A stretch of DNA of 64,000 bases from Bdellovibrionales bacterium. Its GTDB lineage: Bacteria > Bdellovibrionota > Bdellovibrionia > Bdellovibrionales > UBA1609. Within the stretch, counting starts at the first letter, position 1. Every line of letters begins with the position of its first letter. The stretch lies in NCBI GenBank assembly GCA_023301025.1, contig JALZUR010000021.1:1183-65182 (forward strand), given 5' to 3'. The position numbers were made by a program, and so were the translations under genes. This document shows, piece after piece, positions 18,865 to 27,302 of this stretch. A model generated the notes under the pieces. That model had not been told where the DNA came from and ran no database searches. It was given only the letters and a program-made list of their open reading frames with translations.

Positions 18865-19734
18865 ATGTCAAACAAACAATGCAGCGTAATATTAGAGCAA
18901 GAGTTAAGAAAACTTAAGGGTGAGCTTGAGCAGAAGAATTTAGATTTAGTTTTTTACAAAGAAGAGCTTGATCGGATCAACCAAGGCCTTTCAAAGCTTT
19001 TGATGGGTTTAGATCAAGACCTTTCAGCTATTCGTACTGTTTTTAAATACTTAGTTCCTTCAAGGTTTCCTCATATTTCAGGTTTTCAATTTAGCACTAA
19101 GTATATTTCAGGTATGAGGTTTAATGGAGATTATATTGATGTTTTTGAGCAAAAAGATAAGTTTAAATTTAACCTTATCATGTCTACAACAAGTGGACCT
19201 GCCTTAACAGCATTACTTATTGGGTTTTTACTTAAATTCGGAAGAGACTTTGGTGAAGAAAAAGGTGTTACTAGTCCAAAAGATTTTTTAAATAGAGTTG
19301 TTGCTGAAATAAAAGATAAAGATGAAAAGCCGACAGATATTCAGTTGGCATGTGCTTTGATTAATAAAAGAACCTATGAATTAGAGTGTGAGATTCATGG
19401 TGGAGTAAAGTGTTACTTTCAAAAGAGCGACTCTACAGATGAAGTCTTAGAAATAAACTCTAAAGATGGAAATAAAAAAATAAAGCTCAATTCATATGAT
19501 AGGTTTTTACTAGTCTCACCTGGACTTTTGGGAGCACTTAATCAAAGTGGTGAGGCTTTTGGTTCGGCTCCAGTGATTAGCTCTATAAAAACAGTGTCCA
19601 ATACGCAATCTATTCATGACTTGAGAAACGATATTTTATTTAAACTAGACCGGCACTTAGGTGGAAGAAAGCCTATGCAAGATGTGTCTCTTATAATACT
19701 CTCTGTAGACAACAACGTAATCAAATTAGTTTAG
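18865..19734 (+). CDS. SpoIIE/PP2C-like protein with degenerate metal-binding motifs and an N-terminal coiled coil
   Basis: NGDYIDVFE matches the GGDxYD motif. The DxSGHG motif is replaced by STTSGPA and TDG by SPG. The terminal QDVSLIIL resembles DDxTLL. Confidence 0.55.
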   Translation: MSNKQCSVILEQELRKLKGELEQKNLDLVFYKEELDRINQGLSKLLMGLDQDLSAIRTVFKYLVPSRFPHISGFQFSTKYISGMRFNGDYIDVFEQKDKFKFNLIMSTTSGPALTALLIGFLLKFGRDFGEEKGVTSPKDFLNRVVAEIKDKDEKPTDIQLACALINKRTYELECEIHGGVKCYFQKSDSTDEVLEINSKDGNKKIKLNSYDRFLLVSPGLLGALNQSGEAFGSAPVISSIKTVSNTQSIHDLRNDILFKLDRHLGGRKPMQDVSLIILSVDNNVIKLV

Positions 19735-19745
19735 GAGCAAAAGCA

Positions 19746-20867
19746 ATGTCCATTGAAGTATATGATAAAGCAGTAGATAGAGGTTTAGAGGGCATCGTAG
19801 CGTGTTCGACCTCGGTGTCTTCTATAGTTGATGCAACATTAACATATAGAGGTTACACAATTGAAGACCTTGCTGCCAATGCAAGTTTTGAAGAGGTGAT
19901 CTGGCTTCTTTGGAACAGTTCAAAGCCTACAGAGGCTCAAACAAAATCGCTTAGAGAAAACTTATGTGAAGCATCAGCACTTACGACAGAAGAGTTAAAT
20001 TTTTTACAAACATTACCTGTTAAAAGTGTTCACCCGATGGCGTGGTTAAGAAGTGCCGTTTCTTCATTGAGCTTATGGGATGAAAAATCACAGAGTGATG
20101 AAGAGTCTGATCGAAAAAGTGTAGCTTTAAGGCTTCAATCAAAAATGCCAAGTTTAGTAGCGTTCTTTCATAGAAGAAGAGAAGGAAAAGACTTTGTTCA
20201 GCCTAAAAAAGATAAAAATATGGCTTGGAACTTTTTATGGATGATGAAAGGTGCAGAACCTTTAGCTGAAGAGGTAAAAGTTATGGATACATGCCTAACT
20301 CTTCATGCAGACCATGAATTAAACTGCTCAGCTTTTTCTACAAAAGTAACTGCTTCTTCTCTAAGTGATATTTATTCTGCTGTAACTTCTGGAATTGGCG
20401 CTTTAAAAGGACCTCTTCATGGTGGAGCTAATGAGCAGGTCATGAGAATGCTTTTAGATATTGGAAGTGTTGAGGGTGCAAAAACTTGGGTGAATGAGGC
20501 CTTAGCTAATAAAGTAAAAATCATGGGATTTGGCCATAGAGTTTATAAGAATGGTGACCCTAGAGCCAAAATACTTCGTGATATGAGTAAAGAGCTTAGT
20601 GAAAAAACAGGAAATGAAAAGTGGTACTTAATGTCTAAGACCATTGAAGAGACTGTTGTTTCAGAAAAAGGTCTTCTCCCAAATGTAGATTTTTACTCTG
20701 CTACCGTATACTACTCAATGGGTATTCCACTTGATTTGTACACTCCGATTTTTGCAGTTTCTAGAACGTCTGGTTGGTTGGCTCATATCTTTGAGCAGTA
20801 CAGCAATAACAGAATCTATAGACCTAGAGGAAAGTGGGTAGGGAAGACTCATTTAAAATGGAGCTAG
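19746..20867 (+). CDS. gltA: Citrate synthase (small, type I form)
   Basis: HADHELNCSAF, GALKGPLHGGANEQV, GFGHRVYKNGDPRA, NVDFYSA. AGGAG RBS. Confidence 0.9.
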   Translation: MSIEVYDKAVDRGLEGIVACSTSVSSIVDATLTYRGYTIEDLAANASFEEVIWLLWNSSKPTEAQTKSLRENLCEASALTTEELNFLQTLPVKSVHPMAWLRSAVSSLSLWDEKSQSDEESDRKSVALRLQSKMPSLVAFFHRRREGKDFVQPKKDKNMAWNFLWMMKGAEPLAEEVKVMDTCLTLHADHELNCSAFSTKVTASSLSDIYSAVTSGIGALKGPLHGGANEQVMRMLLDIGSVEGAKTWVNEALANKVKIMGFGHRVYKNGDPRAKILRDMSKELSEKTGNEKWYLMSKTIEETVVSEKGLLPNVDFYSATVYYSMGIPLDLYTPIFAVSRTSGWLAHIFEQYSNNRIYRPRGKWVGKTHLKWS

Positions 20868-20910
20868 GAGCTTTTAAAAGATTTAATTTAATCTTTTTGT
20901 TCTAAAAAAA

Positions 20911-20940
20911 GAGCATATTTTTTTAAATATGCTCTTTTAA
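20911..20940. terminator. Bidirectional rho-independent terminator
   Basis: Perfect 10-bp stem gagcatattt (20911-20920) / aaatatgctc (20925-20934) with loop tttt. T4 follows on the plus strand and A7 precedes it at 20904-20910, which reads as T7 on the minus strand. Confidence 0.7.
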
Positions 20941-21071
20941 AAAGAGAAACTTATTTTGGTTTCAACCCTATTGTTCTGCTCTGATGAGACAAATTTACAG
21001 TTCTGAAACGCAAAGGCAAGAACAGACACAGAAAATACTGTCCAAAATGTCCAAAAGCCCCTACTTCTCAT
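20937..21071 (-). CDS. Candidate unannotated small membrane/secreted protein (44 aa)
   Basis: My own translation: MRSRGFWTFWTVFSVSVLAFAFQNCKFVSSEQNNRVETKISFSF. It has a basic N-terminus followed by a 17-residue hydrophobic core. AAGGGTGG lies 8 nt upstream of ATG 21071. The stop abuts the hairpin that has a T7 tract on this strand. It is below the 60-aa ORF-track cut-off. Confidence 0.3.
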   Translation of the reverse strand: MRSRGFWTFWTVFSVSVLAFAFQNCKFVSSEQNNRVETKISFSF

Positions 21072-21358
21072 AATTTAAACCACCCTTAAATTTAGCCAGT
21101 GTTTTTGCTAAAACCTGAGACACACTGCCTCAGTCACAATTAACATATATATAACCTAACTTATGTGACTGTGATTGTATTTTTTTGCACTCAAAAACGT
21201 AAAATTTAACCAAAGAATTAACACATTCTTAAAGTTAAATGACAAATTCTTAAAAAAAATATAAAAGTTTACAATCAGATAAGATCTCATTTACAGGACT
21301 TCTAACACAGTGATATTTTTAAACAGGGTTTGTTTTTAAGCACTTTTTAGGGGGTTTC

Positions 21359-23605
21359 ATGAAAGTTTATTTGTTATTTTTTAGTTTCTTATTTGTAAGT
21401 ATAAGCGCTTCTGCGACTGGTGAGGTACTACTTTATCAAGAAGAAGTTTTGTGCCCACAAACGCCAGAGGCTGTGAGCAGTTTGTTAGATGATATCAAAG
21501 ACATACAAAAACAATTTTCTGAAAACTTAGACTGCCAAGAGATTGATATTCAGTTTGATAAGCTGACTTCAATAATAGACGGAAGCCTTCTTCAAACGGA
21601 TGGCATAGAGGCTATTATTTATGAGGTTGAAGTTGTAATATCTAATTTACCTAGAAAAAAACTCCCTGTTGTTTATGTTATAAATAAATTGCAAGTCTTA
21701 AGAGAGATTTTAAACAGATCTAATCTTACACAAGACAATATCCCTAAAATCATGAATGAAGTCAGACAGCTTTTTTTAGATATAGATGCTGAGTTTGAAG
21801 AGCACTATTTTACAATCATTCATGGAATCCAAGAGTCATTATTAAAAAGAACAAACAATAAACTTGCTAAAGGCACTCCAAGTCGCCAAGATTTTTTAGA
21901 TCTTATTTTTAATAATGAAGGAAAGACTCTTTCAGTTAAAGATGCGTTAAAAATACAAAGCTACAGTGCGGCTGTTACTGAAGAAGCTGGTGTTCTTATA
22001 TCAATGATTTCAAATGCTGCATCAAATGGTGGATCATTTTTTAATCAGAACGCATGTCAAATCAATCCAGAAGAAGAGTTTTCAGCCACTGAGAGAATCA
22101 CTAATATTTTATATGAAGCCTCATCTTTTATAAGTAAAGTTGCAGGTCCTTATGGCGTGCCTATTCAAATTGGTGCATCTGTTTTTAGCGGAGGAATTAA
22201 AGGTCTTTTATCTTACAGAGAGCGTAGAAGAAATATTGATTTTAATAAAGGTGAGCTTGGTGGTTTAAGAAAAAGACAGTTTTATGAAAATTCTGTTTGT
22301 CTCTTAGAGAAAACCAATGCTGAAGCGCAAAGAATCTTAAACCCCAATAGACACCTTCAGCGTCTTTTGTATGTAAGAGACAGTGTGATTACAGAGTTTC
22401 AAAAAGCGATACCAAACACCTGTGCTTACTGTAGAAGGCTTACTATCGCTCTTAATTCTGAAGATCCTGTTAAAGCTGTTGATGAAATATCTGAGAGTAT
22501 GAATCAATCTCCAGTGTTAGATTTAGAACCTTTTGAAAAATTGTTTCTTGATATGGCAGAAAGTGAAGCCTTAAATATTGATTGGCTGAATAAAGAGATT
22601 GAAAGCTTCACAACCTTGGCCGATAACAATGCCAATGGTATAGGTGCCGCCGAAGTTATAGCAAATCTAGAGCTTCTAAAAAAGTTTTTGTTTAGAACAG
22701 CAAGTAAAAACTTTTTGGAGTACTATCAAAGTAAGTACAAAATTGCTTCAAAAGAGTTAAATCAAATGACTAATGCTTTGGTTGGAGTTTTTAATGAAGA
22801 TTTAAAAGTAATTTCTGAAAAAGTGGATTTTAAAATAATACCGGAAGGGTTTAAAAACTATGTAATGTCTAAACATGATTTAAAAGAAGAGCAAAAACAA
22901 AGTTTATATTACAAACAGTCTGATTTAGATATGATGCTTGATTATGAACGCTATGTTTTTGAATCAGTTTATCCCTCTGTTTATAAAATGTTTTTTATAA
23001 ATGAAAAAGCAAAGCTTATTTCAAGGTACACCCCTTATTCATTCTCAATGTCATTAGAAGCTATCAGAAAGTGGCAAGAAAAAGATTTAAATTTAAGAGT
23101 CATTACTGAGTACTGTGACTTTTTTAGAAATGTATTAAAAGCTAATAATTCTGTTCTTTCAGTTTGTGATTCTGAAAAAGTTAAAGAAGCTCAACTTAGT
23201 GTTTCGTATTTGAGCTTTTCTTTTGCAGCTCTTTTATCGGGTGATAAGCGAGCCTTAGTTGAAAGTAGAGATGGTCCAATTGATTTTAATCTTCGAGAGC
23301 GATTTCGTGTGATTAAAAACTTAAGATTTGATGTTTCGCAACCCGTATTTTTTGCAGATTTTTCTTATGATTTTGAATCTTTAATTCAAGAAGAAGAAGA
23401 CTACATCATATTTGATGGTGGTGCAGATTTTCTAATCATCAGAGGTGGTGAAAAATTTCAGAACTGGCATTTAACTGCAATTAAAGAATTTAATGAAAGA
23501 CTTAGTAATAGGGCTGAAAGCATATTAAACGTAGAAAAATTTGATCAAGGCTCAGTCGATGAGAGTTCTTTTGAAGTTGAAAGTACGGATAAGAGTCTAC
23601 CATAA
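21359..23605 (+). CDS. Large secreted protein of unknown function (748 aa)
   Basis: Signal peptide MKVYLLFFSFLFVSISASA and an AGGGGG RBS. Mostly helical and Cys-containing, with no recognised domain. Confidence 0.7.
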   Translation: MKVYLLFFSFLFVSISASATGEVLLYQEEVLCPQTPEAVSSLLDDIKDIQKQFSENLDCQEIDIQFDKLTSIIDGSLLQTDGIEAIIYEVEVVISNLPRKKLPVVYVINKLQVLREILNRSNLTQDNIPKIMNEVRQLFLDIDAEFEEHYFTIIHGIQESLLKRTNNKLAKGTPSRQDFLDLIFNNEGKTLSVKDALKIQSYSAAVTEEAGVLISMISNAASNGGSFFNQNACQINPEEEFSATERITNILYEASSFISKVAGPYGVPIQIGASVFSGGIKGLLSYRERRRNIDFNKGELGGLRKRQFYENSVCLLEKTNAEAQRILNPNRHLQRLLYVRDSVITEFQKAIPNTCAYCRRLTIALNSEDPVKAVDEISESMNQSPVLDLEPFEKLFLDMAESEALNIDWLNKEIESFTTLADNNANGIGAAEVIANLELLKKFLFRTASKNFLEYYQSKYKIASKELNQMTNALVGVFNEDLKVISEKVDFKIIPEGFKNYVMSKHDLKEEQKQSLYYKQSDLDMMLDYERYVFESVYPSVYKMFFINEKAKLISRYTPYSFSMSLEAIRKWQEKDLNLRVITEYCDFFRNVLKANNSVLSVCDSEKVKEAQLSVSYLSFSFAALLSGDKRALVESRDGPIDFNLRERFRVIKNLRFDVSQPVFFADFSYDFESLIQEEEDYIIFDGGADFLIIRGGEKFQNWHLTAIKEFNERLSNRAESILNVEKFDQGSVDESSFEVESTDKSLP

Positions 23606-23642
23606 TAGATCACTCAAACAGTAGAATTTAACATTTAATAAT

Positions 23643-23668
23643 AAAAAGCCTAACTGATAAGGCTTTTT
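23643..23668. terminator. Bidirectional terminator between convergent genes
   Basis: aaaaagcct (23643-23651) / aggcttttt (23660-23668) with an 8-nt loop. A-tract/T-tract flanks serve both strands. The GC core is short. Confidence 0.55.
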
Positions 23669-23702
23669 ATATTAGACGCTTTAGTGATTGAGTTATATTT
23701 TT

Positions 23703-24857
23703 CTAAAGAGCATTAAAAATTTGGAAGAGTGAATCTTTATTATTTTGGTAGTAGTAGTCTATAGTCTCATAGTTAGGCCATTTATCGTTTGAGAGTTCTA
23801 TTGTGAGATGAGGTGATTTTTTATAGTGAGTGCTCCAATCTTGCAGTCCACCAAAGACTGGATACCACTCATAGCCTCTCGTCACACCTGTTGGAAAAAA
23901 ACTAGATTTCATATACTCAGCACCATTTGTTATATATTCAAAGCTAAGATCTTTTAAGAAGTCTTCTAGTGGGCCTTTTTCTGTGCTGTTGTCCCAGGGG
24001 TAGTTAACCACCTCTGCCCCGCTGTGAAAGTTTGTAGAAAATTTAAAATTATATTGGGTGTAGTAGTTCATAATGGCTTGAACTTCTGGCTCTCGCTCAT
24101 CTATTACATCTAATTCAGCCCTTGTCCAATCTGGGAAGTTCCTATTTAGATCTACTCTATTTGCATTAGTTCGTTGTCTTTTCTCAGCTCCATCAGGATT
24201 TAATGAAGGAATAATGTGAATTCTAAAATTTTCAAGAAGTTTGTAAACAGAGTTACTTTTATTTTTGGACTTACTAATTATATCTTTTGCAAAGAGCATC
24301 ATAAGATCTCTTCCCGTAATTTCATTTCCGTGAATATTAGCAATGAATAAAACATCAGTTTTACTTGATCTGTTTGCATTTGTTATTTGTAGTGACCAAA
24401 TATCTCTTAACTCAACAGAAGAACCAATACTTTTAAGTGTGACATGTTTCGGGTAATTATTAGCCATATTAATGAGTTCATTTTCCATTTCTTTAAAACT
24501 TGGATAGCTTGAAAACTTATTAATGACTTCACTATGTATATGTTCTGTTTCTTGAGTTTGGTTTTTAATTTTATACTTAACTTTTAAAGAGTCTAAGATA
24601 CTAAAAAGTGTATCATCACCATACACCTCAAATCCCAAATTTGTAGGATGATCTACTACTAAATCTTTTCTTTTAGATAATCTTTTTAATTTAGAGTTTT
24701 GATTAAAAGAAGAATAAGGTTCAACAACAAAAACTGTATTTTTATGAATTACATTTGTTACTGCAAAAGAAATAGAGGGTGTTAGTGAAGCTGCAACAAA
24801 AAGAAAAACAAGTAAAAATATAAAAATAGAAGGGTTAATTTTTTTTTCTGATATCAT
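23703..24857 (-). CDS. Secreted M14-family zinc carboxypeptidase
   Basis: Signal peptide, zinc motif IHGNEITGRD (HxxE), NPDG, DLNRNF and a second His in NFHSGAEVVNYPWD. Confidence 0.85.
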   Translation of the reverse strand: MISEKKINPSIFIFLLVFLFVAASLTPSISFAVTNVIHKNTVFVVEPYSSFNQNSKLKRLSKRKDLVVDHPTNLGFEVYGDDTLFSILDSLKVKYKIKNQTQETEHIHSEVINKFSSYPSFKEMENELINMANNYPKHVTLKSIGSSVELRDIWSLQITNANRSSKTDVLFIANIHGNEITGRDLMMLFAKDIISKSKNKSNSVYKLLENFRIHIIPSLNPDGAEKRQRTNANRVDLNRNFPDWTRAELDVIDEREPEVQAIMNYYTQYNFKFSTNFHSGAEVVNYPWDNSTEKGPLEDFLKDLSFEYITNGAEYMKSSFFPTGVTRGYEWYPVFGGLQDWSTHYKKSPHLTIELSNDKWPNYETIDYYYQNNKDSLFQIFNAL

Positions 24858-25011
24858 CTTTTTATTCTATAAGTAACTTTCATCGATGTAATTAAAAACT
24901 GTTATTATCCAAAGTATCAGCTGGACGTAAGTTCAGAGTATCTTTAGTGATTCTATGAATCGACTCAGTAATCAATACAATAGAGAAACAACATACAACT
25001 AGGAGTATTGA

Positions 25012-26796
25012 ATGTTAGGTTACGTTCGCATGATTATTTTTTTAATGTTAAGTTTTTTATTTAGTTTTGCTAATGCTAAAAGTGTTACACCGCCGAGTTT
25101 TACAAATAAAAATCTAAGTCAAAAAATTGATATTTATAATAATAAAGTTTTTTTAGAAAAAAGAGATTTAGTTTCAGAAGATCAATCGCGTGAGCTTTTA
25201 GGGTTACCGCCTAGATTTGCAATAACTAATAAAACATTTATCAATCCTCAAAGTTTCGGAACTTGGGAATCTTTAAACAGTCAAACATCTGTTTGGAGAC
25301 TTGATATTAGTTCTGAAAATGCAACATCAATAAACTTAGGCTTTACGCAATTTAGTTTACCTCAAAGTGCAAGTCTTTACATTTACTCTAAAGATAAAAC
25401 ACAAGTGAGAGGTCCTTTTACTGGTGAAGCTTTTAATAAAGCAAAAGAGCTTTGGACACCTGTTGTTTTGGGTGATGAGCTAAGAGTTGAACTTGTTGTT
25501 GATAAATTTGAGCAAAAAGATGTCTTTTTGATTTTAGGTTCAGTCAATCATGGGTATAGAGGTTTTGGAACTCAAGATAAAATGTCTAGATCAGGCTCTT
25601 GTAATGTTGATGTTGCATGTTCAATGAGTGAAGGCTGGGAAGATCAGATAAGATCAGTTGCTGTAATTTCAACTGGCGGTAGAACTTTTTGTACGGGTTT
25701 TTTAGTAAATAACACAAATCAAGATGGGCGCCCTTTATTTATGACTGCTAACCACTGTAGGATTACTGATTCTAATGCAGCCAGTTTAGTGTCTTATTGG
25801 AACTATCAAAATACTACATGCAGAGAGCCTTTATCTTCTGAAAGTGGCGCTTCTGGTGATGGGGAGCTTGATCAGTTCTCTACCGGTGCAACGTCTTTGG
25901 CAAGTGGAGAAGATTCAGATTTTTCAATTGTAGAATTCAACGAATCTATTGATCCTGCTTTTGATGTTTTTTACTCAGGTTGGGATGCGCGTACTGTTGA
26001 TCCTTTAGCTACAACAGCAATTCATCATCCTAATACAGACGAAAAGAGAATAAGTTTTGATTATGATCCTGGAACAACAACAACGTATTTATCTGAAAGT
26101 GTTGATGATCAGGGAACACACATTATGGTTGCAGATTGGGATGTTGGAACAACTGAGCCTGGGTCATCAGGATCGCCACTTTTTGATCAAAACAAAAGAA
26201 TTGTGGGACAACTTCATGGTGGACGTGCTTCTTGTGGAAATGATAGTGCTGATTGGTACGGACGAATTTCTTACTCTTGGAACTTTGGTCTAAAAGAAAT
26301 TTTAGATTCAGGTAATACAGGGGAGTTATTTATTGATGGTCTTAATGGTCAACCAAGTAGTGAAACTCCTGATGAAGATAGCCAAGATGTGTGTAGTACT
26401 GAGCTAACAGCAGCTTCAAATGATGAGAGTGTAGAGATTCCAGATAACAATTCACAAGGTGTAAGTGCTACTGTTTCTTTTTTAAATACAGAAGAGCTTG
26501 CCGCAGATATAAAAGTTTCAATTGATGTGAGCCACACGTATATCTCAGATTTAAAAATCACTTTAACATCTCCATCAGGACGTTCAGTGGTCCTTCATGA
26601 TGGTACTGGATTTAACTCTGATAATATTATCGGTGTATATCCCCTTGATTTAATTGCAGAAGAAGAGCTTTCAATCTTTAACGGCGAAGCCCTCAGCGGA
26701 GATTGGACACTAACTATTGTAGATAGTGTTGGTTTTGATTTTGGAATTTTAAATTTGGTACAGATTGAAAATGGCAAAGCGCTAATTTGTCGCTAA
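25012..26796 (+). CDS. Secreted lysyl-endopeptidase-like S1 serine protease with a C-terminal proprotein-convertase P-domain
   Basis: Signal peptide. Catalytic triad in MTANHC (His248), DSDFSIVE (Asp303) and EPGSSGSPLFD (Ser386). P-domain signature HTYISDLKITLTSPSGRSVVLHD...GDWTLTIVD. AGGAG RBS. Confidence 0.85.
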   Translation: MLGYVRMIIFLMLSFLFSFANAKSVTPPSFTNKNLSQKIDIYNNKVFLEKRDLVSEDQSRELLGLPPRFAITNKTFINPQSFGTWESLNSQTSVWRLDISSENATSINLGFTQFSLPQSASLYIYSKDKTQVRGPFTGEAFNKAKELWTPVVLGDELRVELVVDKFEQKDVFLILGSVNHGYRGFGTQDKMSRSGSCNVDVACSMSEGWEDQIRSVAVISTGGRTFCTGFLVNNTNQDGRPLFMTANHCRITDSNAASLVSYWNYQNTTCREPLSSESGASGDGELDQFSTGATSLASGEDSDFSIVEFNESIDPAFDVFYSGWDARTVDPLATTAIHHPNTDEKRISFDYDPGTTTTYLSESVDDQGTHIMVADWDVGTTEPGSSGSPLFDQNKRIVGQLHGGRASCGNDSADWYGRISYSWNFGLKEILDSGNTGELFIDGLNGQPSSETPDEDSQDVCSTELTAASNDESVEIPDNNSQGVSATVSFLNTEELAADIKVSIDVSHTYISDLKITLTSPSGRSVVLHDGTGFNSDNIIGVYPLDLIAEEELSIFNGEALSGDWTLTIVDSVGFDFGILNLVQIENGKALICR

Positions 26797-26810
26797 TAGT
26801 TTTGAACTAC

Positions 26811-26843
26811 TAAAGTAAGAGTAGAAAAATAGCCCTTACTTTA
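26811..26843. terminator. Weak hairpin between convergent genes (possible bidirectional terminator)
   Basis: taaagtaag (26811-26819) / cttacttta (26835-26843) with a 15-nt loop. AT-rich stem and no clean T-tract. Confidence 0.3.
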
Positions 26844-26872
26844 ATAATTAGAAAGGCTGCGAAGAGTATTTT

Positions 26873-27253
26873 TTAAAGATCTTCGTCTTCGCTGTCACTT
26901 TCATTTTCAGATAAAAACTGTTCTAAGTCTTCAGAGTTTGAAGACTTAACTTTGAAAAGCCATCCATCTTCATTATTATCATCAAATAAAAGTTCAAAGT
27001 CAGATTGTACAGCCGTATTAATATCGACGATTTCGCCTTCAATAGGGGCGTATAGGTTTATTGGGCCGTCATCGGTTTCCACTTCCCCACAAATCTCTTC
27101 AGTGTTCACTTCATTTCCCTCTTCAGGAAGATCAACACCCCAAACTTCATTTATGTCTTCAAAGACCTCTTGTTTAACACCGATTGTAACAACATCTTCA
27201 TTAACTATAGCCCAAAGCTGATCATTGTATTCGATTATACTTTCATCTTCCAT
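26873..27253 (-). CDS. GcvH-fold (glycine cleavage H-like) protein lacking the lipoyl-lysine, with an acidic tail
   Basis: Aligns without gaps to the H-protein core: VTIGV...VDLPEEG...CGEVETDDGPINLYAPIEGEIVDIN...DGWLFKVK. The canonical ESVKA is ETDDG here. The C-terminus is SENESDSEDEDL. Confidence 0.75.
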   Translation of the reverse strand: MEDESIIEYNDQLWAIVNEDVVTIGVKQEVFEDINEVWGVDLPEEGNEVNTEEICGEVETDDGPINLYAPIEGEIVDINTAVQSDFELLFDDNNEDGWLFKVKSSNSEDLEQFLSENESDSEDEDL

Positions 27254-27302
27254 TCATAACCTCTTATTAAATAAAATTGATCTTAGGTTTAAGTTTAAAG
27301 TT

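Noticed and set aside
19346-19360. Sigma-54 promoter-like string TGGCAT-GTGCT-TTGA
   Set aside because: It lies inside the SpoIIE-like coding region. The critical -12 GC is TTGA instead of TTGC, and no gene start lies downstream. Other TGGCA hits (for example 23464 and 40684) have wrong spacing or are also intragenic.
20981-21010. Hammerhead-ribozyme-like core: CTGATGAG ... CTGAAAC in the gap after the citrate synthase gene
   Set aside because: The intervening sequence cannot form a convincing stem II (GAC/GTTC pairs poorly and is AT-rich). No credible stems I or III or cleavage-site triplet could be drawn. A 7-mer such as CTGATGA is expected several times by chance in 128 kb of two-strand sequence.
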